A stretch of 64,000 bases of DNA. Origin: an uncultured Actinomycetes bacterium (GTDB taxonomy: Bacteria > Actinomycetota > Coriobacteriia > Coriobacteriales > Atopobiaceae). Location of the stretch: NCBI GenBank assembly GCA_900314685.1, contig OMWE01000005.1, positions 25,315 through 89,314 on the forward strand, in the 5' to 3' direction. The stretch's first letter is position 1. Each line of letters starts with the position of its first letter. Made by a program: the position numbers and the translations under genes. Below are positions 49,517 through 59,815 of this stretch, piece after piece. The notes beneath the pieces are model-generated. The model did no database searches. It was given only the letters and a program-made list of their open reading frames with translations, and had not been told where the DNA came from.

Positions 49517-50140
49517 ATGCGTAACGGTTATTTTGGCGTGCGCAATTCGCACGTCGCGATTTGCAACGACGAAGAGAAGCTTACCTATGAGAAGCCTGTT
49601 CACATTGCTGGCACCGTCGAGATTTCAATGGAGCCAAGCGTCGAGAGCGGCACGAGCCACGCCGACAATGACGTTTGGCTTGACGAGCAGCAGGACAACG
49701 GCGGGTCCGGAACCATGAGCTTCTATGACACCGAGAGCACGCCAGAGCTTAGGCAGCTTATCGCCGACCTTGTGGGATACGAGATCACCAAGGACGGGCG
49801 CACCAACATGAAGGCGAACAAGAAGCCGAAGCCCTTTGCATTCATGTGCGAGCAGCCGGGGCACGTGTCCGGGCGGCGTCGTTGCCTTCTCATGTGCCAG
49901 CTTTCCAAGCCGTCACTTGACATGAAGACAACCGAGGATTCCCCGGAGATCACGCAGCTTGACTATCCCTTCAAGTGGAAACCGATTGTCCCGCCCGGTG
50001 GCACCGCCGATGACCGCACGAGCGGCTATGACAGTTTCACCGGCGTTACGGGCTATGACACGTTCTTTGATGCTGTCAACATCGAAGGTCTGCTTGCCAA
50101 GGCGGACAGCACCGCCAGCACGTCTAATACGGGCAAGTAG
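49517..50140 (+). CDS. Major tail protein (phi13-like)
   Basis: YFGVRNSH...YEKPVHIAG...ADN; strong RBS. Confidence 0.88.
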   Translation: MRNGYFGVRNSHVAICNDEEKLTYEKPVHIAGTVEISMEPSVESGTSHADNDVWLDEQQDNGGSGTMSFYDTESTPELRQLIADLVGYEITKDGRTNMKANKKPKPFAFMCEQPGHVSGRRRCLLMCQLSKPSLDMKTTEDSPEITQLDYPFKWKPIVPPGGTADDRTSGYDSFTGVTGYDTFFDAVNIEGLLAKADSTASTSNTGK

Positions 50141-50154
50141 GGAGCTGGCGGAGA

Positions 50155-50595
50155 ATGGTAATCAAGATTGGTGAAACCGAGTACGAAGCGGCGTTCAACG
50201 GCTTCACGCCGATTATCTTCTCGCGCTGCTTCACGGTGCAGAAGCCTGACGCCAGCGAGAAGCCTAGGAAGCCTACGATAATCTATCGCCCGAAGGACAT
50301 TAACGAATCAGTTGGGCAGCTTGCCGATTCCTTGCAGACCTACGGAGTGCCGGCAATTGCACCGCTGCTTGAAATCCTTTATGCGTGCATCAAGACGGCG
50401 ACGCCAAAGTTTGACGTTCCGTTTAGCGATTGGGTCAAGGCTTTGCCAGCCGGCACGTTCGACCTTCAGAAGGGGGACGGTTGGGCGGCTGACGTGATCA
50501 AGATTGTTGAAGATAACTTTTTTCCTTCTGCATCCAATGGAGTGGCACCCAAGACCGCCGAAAAGACCCGCACCGCCGCTTCCGAGCAGTCTTAG
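50155..50595 (+). CDS. Tail assembly chaperone (gpG-like)
   Basis: Between MTP and tape measure. Confidence 0.75.
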   Translation: MVIKIGETEYEAAFNGFTPIIFSRCFTVQKPDASEKPRKPTIIYRPKDINESVGQLADSLQTYGVPAIAPLLEILYACIKTATPKFDVPFSDWVKALPAGTFDLQKGDGWAADVIKIVEDNFFPSASNGVAPKTAEKTRTAASEQS

Positions 50596-50782
50596 CGACG
50601 CGTGCGACGCCAGATATCTGTACGACTGCCAGCAATGCGGGCTGACCGTCACAGACCTTCAGCAGCTTAGCTATAGGCAGGTGAAAGACCTGCTGGAAAT
50701 ACACGCGTACTACGCGGACGCGGCGGCTAACTACGAGGATGACGAGAAGGCACGCAAGGCAGAAGCGGCGTTCTGGGGCTGA
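50504..50782 (+). CDS. Tail chaperone extension (gpT-like), probably reached by frameshift
   Basis: YLYDCQQCGLTVTDLQQLSYRQVKDLL resembles gpT segments; no clear RBS; lies in the +1 frame of gpG. Confidence 0.55.
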   Translation: MLKITFFLLHPMEWHPRPPKRPAPPLPSSLSDACDARYLYDCQQCGLTVTDLQQLSYRQVKDLLEIHAYYADAAANYEDDEKARKAEAAFWG

Positions 50783-50873
50783 TCATGAACGCTTCACAAC
50801 ACCGCACCCTCCGGAAGGCGGGCGCGGTGCTTGAAACGCTCACGTAATTTGACAACCGAAGAGGGGTGAAGGC

Positions 50874-53621
50874 ATGGCGGTTAGCTACAAGGGTCTTGTT
50901 ATCAAGTTCGGCGGCGACACGACCGAGCTTCAAGGCGCCTTGAAGAAGGTTCAGAAGGCATCGCGCGACACGCAAAGCGACCTGAGAGAGATTACCAAGG
51001 CGCTGAAGTTCAACCCCGGCAACACTGAGCTGCTGGCGCAGAAGGTGAAGACGCTCAACGCGGCTTACCAAGAGACGGAACAAAGGCTTGATGCCTACAA
51101 GCAAGCCTTATCGACGCTAGAGGAAAGGAAGCAGAGCGGCGCAAAGCTCACCGAAGAAGAAGAAAGGCAATACGATTCGCTAAAGCGCTCAATCATCGAG
51201 TGCGAATCACAGCTTGATTCCTACGGCGACAAGATAAAGGCGACAAGCACCGAGCTTGACGCATCGCAAACGAAAATCTACCAGCTTGGGCAATCGCTGA
51301 AGGACAACGCCGACAAGTGGGAAGAGCACGGCAAGCGCGTTGAAACCGTGGGCAATACCATCATGGGCGCAAGCACCGCCGTTGCCGGCGGCGCGATTGC
51401 TGCCTTCAACGAGGTAGACGCCGGCGCTGATACCGTCATTCAGAAGACGGGCGCGACGGGGGAAGCCGCCGAACAGCTCAACCAGTCTTTCGAGAACGTA
51501 GCCAAGCAGTCTTCCGCATCCATGGAAGAGATCGGCACGGCTGTTGGCGAGGTCTCAACGCGGTTCGGTCTTACCGGCGAGCAGCTGGAAGACACATCGC
51601 TTCAGTTCTTGCGCTTCTCCGAGAACACCGGCGTTGACGTGACAACCGCTTGCGAAGACGCGTCAATGGCTATGCAAGCGTTCGGCGTTGACAGCTCACA
51701 AGCCGGCGACGTGCTGGGCATGTTCCAAACCGTTTCACAGCAGACCGGCATAGACGTGCAAACGCTCATGTCGGACGTGAACGCCAATGGCGCGACCTTC
51801 CGAGACATGGGGCTTAGCATTCAGGATTCGGCGGCGCTGCTTGGCAGTTTCGAAGCCGCCGGCATTCCCGCCGACCAGATGTTGACGGGCTTAAAGAAGG
51901 CTTCCGCCAATTGCGCCGCGAGCGGAAAAGACCTAGGCACGACCCTTCAAGACCTTACTAAGCGGCTGCAAGACCCGGCGACGCAGGCGCAAGCTACGCA
52001 GGACGCGATAGACCTTTTCGGGTCTAAGTCAGCAATGGCGTTCGTTGACGCCGCCGAATCGGGGCGCGTGAACCTAGACGCGCTGGGCGGCTCATTGGAT
52101 GACTACGCAACCGCTGTCGATGACACGTTCGAGGGCACGGAAGACGCGCCCGACAAGATGAAAGAAAGCCTTCACGCGCTGCAAATTTCGGGCGCAGAGC
52201 TTGGCGCGGACATTCTGGACACGCTGTTGCCGGCGGTTCAGAAGGCGGCTGAGGTTGCCGACAAACTTAAAGAGGTTTGGGACGGGCTTTCACCTGCGCA
52301 ACAGCAGCTTGCATCAGATGTTGTGCTTGGCGGTATCGCCTTTGGCGGCCTTACAAGCGGCATCGGCAAGGCGATGCAAGCCGCCGACAACATAGGCACA
52401 ACGTTTCAGAACGTGGCAAAGTTCGGCACGACATTAACGGGCGCGGCGGGCAAGGTTAGCGGCGCGTTCAGCGGGCTAACGTCTGTTCTCATGGATAACC
52501 CATGGGCGCTTGTCGTTGCCGGAATAGCCGCCGTTGTCGCCGGTCTAGTGTGGTTCTTCACGCAGACCGAGACCGGCAAGCAAATGTGGGCTGACTTCAC
52601 GGGCTGGATTTCCGAGAAGTGGCAAGCCGTGCAAGATTTCTTTGCCGGCGTGCCGGCTTTCTGGCAAGGCATCTGGGATAGCGTCACGGGTGCCGTGCAA
52701 GGCTTTGTCGATGGCGTGGGCGAGAAGTGGGACGCGCTGGAGCAAGGGGCATCGGACACGTGGACTGCCGTTCAGGACGGCGCTTCTTCCGCGTGGCAGG
52801 GCATCCAAGACACCGTAAGCGGATTGGCGCAAGGTGCCGTCGATGCCGTCTCCACATGGTGGGGAAACCTGACCACCAACACGCAGACGGCGTTTGACGC
52901 AATCGGTCAGACCGTGCAAGGCGACATGTCAACCGCGCAGACCGTCGGAAGTTCAGCGGCGAGCGCCCTTCAAGCCGCCATGAACGGCGATTGGTCAACG
53001 GCGCTGAGCGAAGCGCAGAACGCCTTTGGCGCTATCAGGGACAACGTAAAAGACAAGATGGACGCGGCGCGGCAAGCGGCTATCAACATCGCCGACAACA
53101 TCGGCGCAAAGCTAGGCTTCCCCGGTCTTGGCACCAAGGTTGCGGGCGTCTTTGACGGCGTGAGAAACGCCATTACGAGCAAGATCCAGGACGCTTGGAA
53201 CTTCATCAGCGGCATACCAAGCAAGATCATGAATGCCTTCGGCAGCATTCACATAAGCTTGCCGCACATCAACTTGCCGCACTTCAAGGTAAGCGGGAGT
53301 TTCAACCTAGACCCCGCCAACTTCAGCGTTCCTTCAATCGGCGTTGACTGGTACGCGAAAGGCGGCTATTTCGACAAGCCTTCAATCATCGGCATTGGCG
53401 AGGGCGGCGGCGAGTTCGCCGCGCCTGAAAAGCAGCTTTGGAACTTCATCGAACGCGCCGTCAACAGGGCGTTCGACAACCAAGCAGGGCAGCAGGTCAA
53501 CGTTGCAGTCGAGGTCAACGCAACGGTTGCGGGCAGCATGGACGCATACCAGACCGGGCAGCAAATCGGATTGGGCATCGCAAGCAAGCTAAAGCAAAGG
53601 GGTGTGAGAGTTGCAACGTAG
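50874..53621 (+). CDS. Tape measure protein
   Basis: 915 aa, helical, YKGLVIKFGGDTT N-terminus, W-periodic repeats, WYAKGG tail. Confidence 0.95.
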   Translation: MAVSYKGLVIKFGGDTTELQGALKKVQKASRDTQSDLREITKALKFNPGNTELLAQKVKTLNAAYQETEQRLDAYKQALSTLEERKQSGAKLTEEEERQYDSLKRSIIECESQLDSYGDKIKATSTELDASQTKIYQLGQSLKDNADKWEEHGKRVETVGNTIMGASTAVAGGAIAAFNEVDAGADTVIQKTGATGEAAEQLNQSFENVAKQSSASMEEIGTAVGEVSTRFGLTGEQLEDTSLQFLRFSENTGVDVTTACEDASMAMQAFGVDSSQAGDVLGMFQTVSQQTGIDVQTLMSDVNANGATFRDMGLSIQDSAALLGSFEAAGIPADQMLTGLKKASANCAASGKDLGTTLQDLTKRLQDPATQAQATQDAIDLFGSKSAMAFVDAAESGRVNLDALGGSLDDYATAVDDTFEGTEDAPDKMKESLHALQISGAELGADILDTLLPAVQKAAEVADKLKEVWDGLSPAQQQLASDVVLGGIAFGGLTSGIGKAMQAADNIGTTFQNVAKFGTTLTGAAGKVSGAFSGLTSVLMDNPWALVVAGIAAVVAGLVWFFTQTETGKQMWADFTGWISEKWQAVQDFFAGVPAFWQGIWDSVTGAVQGFVDGVGEKWDALEQGASDTWTAVQDGASSAWQGIQDTVSGLAQGAVDAVSTWWGNLTTNTQTAFDAIGQTVQGDMSTAQTVGSSAASALQAAMNGDWSTALSEAQNAFGAIRDNVKDKMDAARQAAINIADNIGAKLGFPGLGTKVAGVFDGVRNAITSKIQDAWNFISGIPSKIMNAFGSIHISLPHINLPHFKVSGSFNLDPANFSVPSIGVDWYAKGGYFDKPSIIGIGEGGGEFAAPEKQLWNFIERAVNRAFDNQAGQQVNVAVEVNATVAGSMDAYQTGQQIGLGIASKLKQRGVRVAT

Positions 53622-54348
53622 ACAGCAGAGGGCACAGACCGACCGCCTGAAGTTCAACGGAAACGACCTAAGCGCCCTTGTGTCGTGCAAGGTGAACCGT
53701 CCGATAATGCCGCCCGTTAATGCAAAGTTCGAGAGCGTCAGCGGGCGAGACGGCGAGCTTTTCAAGAGCGCATATTTCGACGGCTACGACTTGCCCGTTG
53801 ACATTTGGCTTAGGAGCGATGACAGAAGGGACGCGGCAACGGTTCGGCACGCGTTGGCACAGATGCTTTACACGACTGAACCCGCACCGCTTTACCTTCC
53901 TGATGACCCGACCCGCTACCTTCTCGCAATCGTCACCGGCGACACAGACCTTGGCGAAATCACGGACAGCAGCCCTTCAACGACAATCAAGTTCCATGTC
54001 GGCGACCCGTTCTATTACGGTCAGAAGCGGCGCGCCGATGCTTCAGCGGGCACGTTCACGATAAACGCGGGCGGAGACATACCAACGCACTTGCGCATCA
54101 CGGCAAAGCCCGCGTCTAGCGCCGCTTGGTACATCCAAAACGTAGACACGGGCGAGCAAGTCAAGCTTTCATCTAGCGTGACGAGTTCAAGCACCGTGCG
54201 CGTCGATATGGCGCAAGAGCACGCGACCGTCAACAACAGCCTTGCAGCCGTCACCCTCGATTCTGACTTCTTCACCGTCGAGGGGCGCACGAAGTTGCGG
54301 CTTAGCAGCGGCACGGCTGTACTGGAATGGTGGGAACGATGGCTTTAG
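53611..54348 (+). CDS. Distal tail protein (Dit)
   Basis: LKFNG, SVSGRDG, LYLPDDP, DPFYYG; follows TMP. Confidence 0.85.
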   Translation: MQRRQQRAQTDRLKFNGNDLSALVSCKVNRPIMPPVNAKFESVSGRDGELFKSAYFDGYDLPVDIWLRSDDRRDAATVRHALAQMLYTTEPAPLYLPDDPTRYLLAIVTGDTDLGEITDSSPSTTIKFHVGDPFYYGQKRRADASAGTFTINAGGDIPTHLRITAKPASSAAWYIQNVDTGEQVKLSSSVTSSSTVRVDMAQEHATVNNSLAAVTLDSDFFTVEGRTKLRLSSGTAVLEWWERWL

Positions 54349-56855
54349 TTAGGCGAATCGGCTTTACGCGCTTCTCGCGTTTCGGTGCGAACCTTGGGCG
54401 ATTGCACGCCATGGGCGCAACGCATACCGAAGCGCTGGACGGCACGGACGAGCTGAAAATCACATGCAGCGATGACGTGAACAAGGGCGATTACATCGTT
54501 TGGATTGACAACCAAGGCGTGCCGCATGAGCACATCGTTGATGACGTGGATCGCGAGCATGGCGAGGATGGCACGATAGAAACGACCTTCACCGGCGTTA
54601 ACTCCATCGCTGAGCTGTGGGACGATTGGACGGATGACAAGCGCCCGTCTGGTCAAGTTGCCACGGCGCTTCAAAGCGTGCTCAATGGCACGCGCTGGAC
54701 GGTTGGCACGTGCGACGTTACGACTAGCGCAAGCGTGGTTCTCTACCATCAGAGCGCCCGCGAATCCATATCCGACATTCTGGACGCATGGGGCGGCGAG
54801 CTAGAGACAACCATTGCGACCAACGGTTCTGAGGTCACGGGGCGCAGCGTCGGCGTGCGCCGGTTGCGTGGCAACCAGCAAAGTCCAAAGCGCTTCACGT
54901 GGACGAAAGACATTAAGACGATCAAGCGCAAGGTTTCGAGCGACAACCCCAAAACGCGCGTCTACGGTTACGGCAAGGGAGTTGAGACCGAAAGCGGCGG
55001 ATATGGACGGCGCTTGACGTTCGCTAGCATCAACGGGGGCAAGTCCTATGTCGAGGATGCGGCGGCAACGAGGATATGGGGGCATCCCGGCGCTGACGGG
55101 GCAATACTGCCGGCTTGCACAAGCTACGTTAACGAGCAATGCGAGGATGCCGCGCAACTGCTTGCAGAAAGTAATGCGTACCTTGCGGAGGTTTCGGAAC
55201 CCAAAGTCAGCTATGAAGCCAGCGTCATAGACCTTTACGCGTTCGGGCGCGAGTGGGAGGGCGTAGGCATCGGCGACCGCGTTGCTATCATCGACAAGGG
55301 CTTCAGCGAATCGGGTGTGCGCCTTGCTGGGCGCGTGTCTAAGCTTGAACGCGACCTTTTGACCGGCGATGCAGTAGTTACGTTCGGAAACCTGCAAGAC
55401 AGCATGGCGGACATGTGGCAATCGGTGAGCCAGACGCTAAGGACGCACAGCCGCACGGCGGCGACCTATGACGCCGTTGCCAGCGCGTCTTCAGGGTGGC
55501 TAACGAGGCTTCAAGACGCGCTTAACGACCAATTCAACGCCACTGGAACGTACAAGGTAGAGACGTTCGAGCTTGGCACGATCTACAGCAACGTACCGCT
55601 GAACCCGCAAACCGGATTGCCCACAAAGAGCGTTGCCGACATGTGGGCGGTGAACATTTCCGGGCGCGGAATCCGCCTTGCGTCGAGCCTTACCAGTTCC
55701 GGGCAATGGGACTGGCAGACCTTCATAACCGGCGCGAGCGTCACGGCAGACCTTATCAACGCCGGGACGATGAAGGCTGACCGAATCCGCGCCGGACTGC
55801 TGACGGACGAGACTGGCACCAACTATTGGGACCTGACAACGGGTGAATTCAAGCTTGCGACAAATGCCAAAGTTGGAGACGTTGACATGGCGCACACCGT
55901 CTATAGCGCAGACGTAGAATATGGCAACAGTGCGAGCGCCACGGAGAAGCCCACAGAGTGGGCTACAGACGCCCATTGGCAGCAAGGCAAATACCTTTGG
56001 ACGCGTGTAAAGATGCGCCTACTTGACGGGACGTTGATATATTCGGCGGCGCGGCTTGTTTCGAACGGTCAAGGAATCGGCATCGCTTCAGTTGAAGATC
56101 AATACTATCTGAGCACTAGCAAAACGTCACCGTCCGGTGGCTATTGGTACTCGCAGCAACCAACTTGGGTCAAGGGGTGCTCATACTGGACGCGAAGTAA
56201 AATAACGTGGTCTGATGGGTCAACCACGTTCACGAACCCGGTATTGGCATCGGCGCTCACAAGCGGCAACCAGTCAACCAACGACCTTGACGATACGTTG
56301 AACCAACGCGAGGTGTTCAACCGCCTTACCAACAACGGCAAGACGCAAGGCGTCTACCTAAGCAACGGTCTTCTGTACATCAACGCCACGTACATTTCGA
56401 CCGGGATAATAAGCGATAAGCTGGGGCGCAACACTTGGAACCTGAGCACCGGCGCGCTGACAACAAACTACATGACCGCGAACAATATAAACGCCAACGG
56501 CACTATGACTTCTGGGACAACCACAGGTTATATGGCGAAGCTTACAGGCGGTTCAATGCGGTTCTACTACAACGACAACCCGACAATTGAAGTCGTGTCG
56601 ATACCTTCATACACCGGCGGTTCCAAGGGTGGATACATACAGGCTTGCGATGGAGCAACGTATCTTGGCTTGCGAGCACCGCATCTATATACGGCAACGA
56701 ATACGTCATCCGCAGGGACTACCGGTTCGACCGGTGATCATCAATTCACGCTCATAACAAAGATTGATGACTTAGGGGAAGGACGTATCCAATGGTGGAC
56801 TGGAACAAGAAACATCGACTTCATTAACGGCATCTGTACGGTATGCAACTTGTAG
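54339..56855 (+). CDS. Tail-associated (Tal/endopeptidase-like) tail tip protein
   Basis: TRVYGYGKG, IGDRVAIID; C-terminal beta-rich extension; follows Dit. Confidence 0.85.
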   Translation: MALVRRIGFTRFSRFGANLGRLHAMGATHTEALDGTDELKITCSDDVNKGDYIVWIDNQGVPHEHIVDDVDREHGEDGTIETTFTGVNSIAELWDDWTDDKRPSGQVATALQSVLNGTRWTVGTCDVTTSASVVLYHQSARESISDILDAWGGELETTIATNGSEVTGRSVGVRRLRGNQQSPKRFTWTKDIKTIKRKVSSDNPKTRVYGYGKGVETESGGYGRRLTFASINGGKSYVEDAAATRIWGHPGADGAILPACTSYVNEQCEDAAQLLAESNAYLAEVSEPKVSYEASVIDLYAFGREWEGVGIGDRVAIIDKGFSESGVRLAGRVSKLERDLLTGDAVVTFGNLQDSMADMWQSVSQTLRTHSRTAATYDAVASASSGWLTRLQDALNDQFNATGTYKVETFELGTIYSNVPLNPQTGLPTKSVADMWAVNISGRGIRLASSLTSSGQWDWQTFITGASVTADLINAGTMKADRIRAGLLTDETGTNYWDLTTGEFKLATNAKVGDVDMAHTVYSADVEYGNSASATEKPTEWATDAHWQQGKYLWTRVKMRLLDGTLIYSAARLVSNGQGIGIASVEDQYYLSTSKTSPSGGYWYSQQPTWVKGCSYWTRSKITWSDGSTTFTNPVLASALTSGNQSTNDLDDTLNQREVFNRLTNNGKTQGVYLSNGLLYINATYISTGIISDKLGRNTWNLSTGALTTNYMTANNINANGTMTSGTTTGYMAKLTGGSMRFYYNDNPTIEVVSIPSYTGGSKGGYIQACDGATYLGLRAPHLYTATNTSSAGTTGSTGDHQFTLITKIDDLGEGRIQWWTGTRNIDFINGICTVCNL

Positions 56856-56868
56856 GTTTGGAGCACAT

Positions 56869-57276
56869 ATGGCACGCATCATGTATTACATGGCGCACGA
56901 CCCAATTAGCAACACAGAGGGCGTAATCACTGAGTATGACCAAGACACCATTAAAAGCGCTGCTGATAGCGGAATCGTATTCATAGCCGTTGATTCTGAC
57001 GGCGCAAGGTCAATCGTCAGCGCCGAAGAGGTCAAAGAGCCTGAGAGCAAAGACAGCAACTTTGTTATTGTTCAGCCGCAATACGTAGATGACCGCATGA
57101 AGGCGGCAATCAGCGTGTTTGACGCGCTGGGTAGCGCCGTATTCCCATCAGCGGACGCAGAGACGCAGAGCGCAAACGGCGTTCGCAAGGCGGCACGCGC
57201 AATCACGCCAGAAGCGGCGTTCGAAAGCGCCCTTGAAGCGCTCAAAAAGATTGTGTTCGGCGGTGATGACGAGTGA
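56869..57276 (+). CDS. Phage tail-region hypothetical protein
   Basis: RBS GGAG; co-oriented. Confidence 0.65.
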   Translation: MARIMYYMAHDPISNTEGVITEYDQDTIKSAADSGIVFIAVDSDGARSIVSAEEVKEPESKDSNFVIVQPQYVDDRMKAAISVFDALGSAVFPSADAETQSANGVRKAARAITPEAAFESALEALKKIVFGGDDE

Positions 57277-58274
57277 ACACGCAGACGATAGAACTTGACC
57301 TAAACAAATACTGTTTGGGAACAAACCTTGTACGTTTGGGGCAAGGCGACAAGGGCGGAACGACGATCAAGGCGCTAGTCTACGATTCGGGCGCAGAAGC
57401 CGAGCTTTCAGGCTATACGGCTTACCTAGAAGTGCTGTTGCCGAACAAGACGAACTATTACCGTGCAGTTGCTACCGTATCTGGCAATGCCGTGACGATC
57501 ACGGTTGACGAGAGCAAGCTTTGCGGAATCGCAGGATACACCGACGAAGCCTATTTCACGTTCGAGAAGAACGGTACACGCTATTCGACCGAACGTTTCG
57601 CAATCGAGATTCTTAGAAGCGCCACGGCTGGGCAGCAGCCGGCAAAGAGCTATGACGATGCCCTAGAAAGCCTTATCACGCGCGCTAACACAGCGATTGG
57701 CGCGGCAAATTCAGCGGAGAGCGCTGCAAATTCAGCCGCACGCACTGCGAACAACGCCGCTAGTTCAGCCGGAAGCGCCGCAAGCGCGGCAAGTTCGGCG
57801 GCTACGGCGGCAAACAACGCAGCTTCTAGCGCGAACACCGCCAAAGACGGTGCGAACAATGCAGCAAGCGCAGCCAACGGCGCGGCGTCAACCGCGAACA
57901 AGGCGGCACAGAATGCCGACACAGCTACCGCAAAGGCAGACGCCGCCACATCGGCGGCGAACGCATCCGCTTCAAACGCCCGCACCGCCGCATCTTCAGC
58001 CAATGGCGCGGCTGAGGAAGCTACAGCAGCGGCAAGCAACGCGCTTCAGATTGCCAACAGCATTGCGGCATCGGCACCGCCAACAGATAAGACGGTTGCA
58101 GAGCTTCAGGACGCCAACCGCGTTCTTGCTACGGCGCTTGCCGACGCACAGGACAAATACATTGTGCTTGGGTCAACGGCTTATATGCCCACAAGCCGCA
58201 ATTCCGGGCTTACCGGCGAAACGATCACCGTTGCGAAAGCAATCGCGAGCACGGATATAGCAACGCTCAACTAG
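57273..58274 (+). CDS. BppU-like upper baseplate protein with Ala/Asn/Ser heptad stalk
   Basis: RLGQGDKG...LEVLLP...AYFTF N-terminal domain, then AANSA/ANNAA repeats. Confidence 0.75.
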   Translation: MNTQTIELDLNKYCLGTNLVRLGQGDKGGTTIKALVYDSGAEAELSGYTAYLEVLLPNKTNYYRAVATVSGNAVTITVDESKLCGIAGYTDEAYFTFEKNGTRYSTERFAIEILRSATAGQQPAKSYDDALESLITRANTAIGAANSAESAANSAARTANNAASSAGSAASAASSAATAANNAASSANTAKDGANNAASAANGAASTANKAAQNADTATAKADAATSAANASASNARTAASSANGAAEEATAAASNALQIANSIAASAPPTDKTVAELQDANRVLATALADAQDKYIVLGSTAYMPTSRNSGLTGETITVAKAIASTDIATLN

Positions 58275-58284
58275 AGGGGGAACC

Positions 58285-59187
58285 ATGGCAGACATTGCAA
58301 AGCTTTCAATCAATGGAACCGCTTACGACCTGAAGGACAATTCAGCACGCAACACAGCAAATGCGGCTGTGTCAGAAGCGAACTACAACAGGCAGCAGAG
58401 CGGAAACGTTTATGCCGGACGTTCGATTGCTGCAACCTTCCAAGGAGAGATTGGAAGCACGGGCATCTATAAGTGGCTGCAAAGCCGCGTGAGAAACGCG
58501 AACTTTGAGGGGTTGCGCATCGGCGACTACATCGACGTGCCTATTACCGAGGGCGCGAACGTGCCCGCGCAGACGGTGCGCTATATGATCGGCGCAATCG
58601 ACCAGTATTATCAGTGCGGAGACCAAGCAACGGGGCATCACGTTATCATGGTTCCGCGTGCGCCCGTGTCCGTTAAGGGCGACAAGGCTTCCAACGGAAG
58701 CTATCTGCAATGGCGCGAGACGAACGACAACAATGGAACCGCCGACGAAAAGCACCCATACTTGGTTTCAAAGCTGCACGATTGGGAGATTAACGACTTC
58801 TTGCAAGCGCTTCCCGCCGACCTGCAAGCCGTGCTGATGACCCGACGGGCGCTTCTGGAAGAGCGCTATTCTTCAACGACAAAGCTTAGCGAATCTGGCA
58901 GTTGGTCTTGGGCTGAGCTTGGCAAGGTTTGGTCACCTTCTGAGATGGAGGTATACGGCTGCGTCATATGGGGCACGAAGGGCTATTCCGTCGGCTTTGA
59001 CTCACAGTTCCCCATCTTCAGCGACACGGCACACCGAATCATGGGAACGCGCATCACTTGGTGGCTCCGTTCCGTCTCCGGCGTTTCGTCCGTCAACGCG
59101 TGCTTTGTCAACAACAGCGGCGCTGCCAGCTACAGCGTGCCGTCGGGCGACTGGATACGCCCGCGCCCGTGCTTCCTGATAGGCTAA
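58285..59187 (+). CDS. DGR target protein (DUF6273/CLec-like putative receptor-binding protein)
   Basis: SPSEMEVYG, QFPIF, WWLRS...RPCF C-terminus; contains VR. Confidence 0.88.
   Translation: MADIAKLSINGTAYDLKDNSARNTANAAVSEANYNRQQSGNVYAGRSIAATFQGEIGSTGIYKWLQSRVRNANFEGLRIGDYIDVPITEGANVPAQTVRYMIGAIDQYYQCGDQATGHHVIMVPRAPVSVKGDKASNGSYLQWRETNDNNGTADEKHPYLVSKLHDWEINDFLQALPADLQAVLMTRRALLEERYSSTTKLSESGSWSWAELGKVWSPSEMEVYGCVIWGTKGYSVGFDSQFPIFSDTAHRIMGTRITWWLRSVSGVSSVNACFVNNSGAASYSVPSGDWIRPRPCFLIG
59048..59177 (+). repeat. DGR variable repeat (VR) including GC element and IMH
   Basis: Aligns to 59686-59815 at offset 638 with 11 mismatches, all opposite TR adenines. Confidence 0.97.
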
Positions 59188-59209
59188 AAGCCGTGCTAAT
59201 CGCTTCAGC

Positions 59210-59232
59210 AGCGCCCGCCTTGTGCGGGCGCT
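59210..59232 (+). other. DGR post-VR hairpin/cruciform
   Basis: AGCGCCCGC-cttgt-GCGGGCGCT, 9-bp stem about 22 bp after the target stop. Confidence 0.8.
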
Positions 59233-59252
59233 TTCACTAAGAAGGGCTTCCA

Positions 59253-59660
59253 TTGAGTACCGTATTAGCGCGTTATCGCAGCATCAGCAACTATGAGTAC
59301 TTCAACACGGCGCTACGGATTCGCAGGGACGTGACGGCGCTTGTAACGTCGTCGGCAATGCCGAAATCGTACCGCTTCATTCTCGCGGTTCCCATGGCAC
59401 AGGCGGCGCGTGAGATCGTGGGCGACATTGTGACGGCTAGCGCGTTCTACCCAAACGACGAGTACAACGTATCGCAGCGAAGGCACTATCTGACGCTTGC
59501 CGTTGCCGCTTGCGAGCTGCTTTTGCAGGACGTGCAATGCCTTGCAGACCTTGGCGTTGTGAAGGTCAGCAGGTGCGAGCGCTTGGCGGATGACATTGAG
59601 AAGGAAGTGAAGCTAATAAAGGGCGCTCGAAAGGGTGTGAAGCTGATTGGTTCGAGGTAA
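59253..59660 (+). CDS. avd: Accessory variability determinant (Avd-like four-helix bundle)
   Basis: 135 aa helical protein between VR and TR; PKSYRFIL and RRHYL...A motifs. Confidence 0.85.
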   Translation: MSTVLARYRSISNYEYFNTALRIRRDVTALVTSSAMPKSYRFILAVPMAQAAREIVGDIVTASAFYPNDEYNVSQRRHYLTLAVAACELLLQDVQCLADLGVVKVSRCERLADDIEKEVKLIKGARKGVKLIGSR

Positions 59661-59685
59661 AATATTCATGCGTTGCGTCTTGTTT

Positions 59686-59815
59686 CGCGCATCAATTGGT
59701 GGCTCCGTTCCGTCTCCGGCGTTTCGTCCGTCAACGCGTGCTATGTCAACAACAACGGCAATGCCAACAACAACGTGCCGTCGAACGACTGGATACGCCC
59801 GCGCCCGTGATTCCT
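59686..59815 (+). repeat. DGR template repeat (TR)
   Basis: 26 adenines, 10 AAY codons in VR frame; intergenic between avd and RT. Confidence 0.97.

Noticed and set aside
57690-58060. Repetitive GCAAGC/GCGAAC-rich DNA
   Set aside because: Coding repeats for an Ala/Asn/Ser heptad stalk; not a CRISPR array or a non-coding repeat
54339-58274. Search for a second DGR target (another VR copy) in tail genes and elsewhere
   Set aside because: No further match to the TR core TGGTGGCTCCGTTCC seen by eye; remote targets outside the window cannot be excluded
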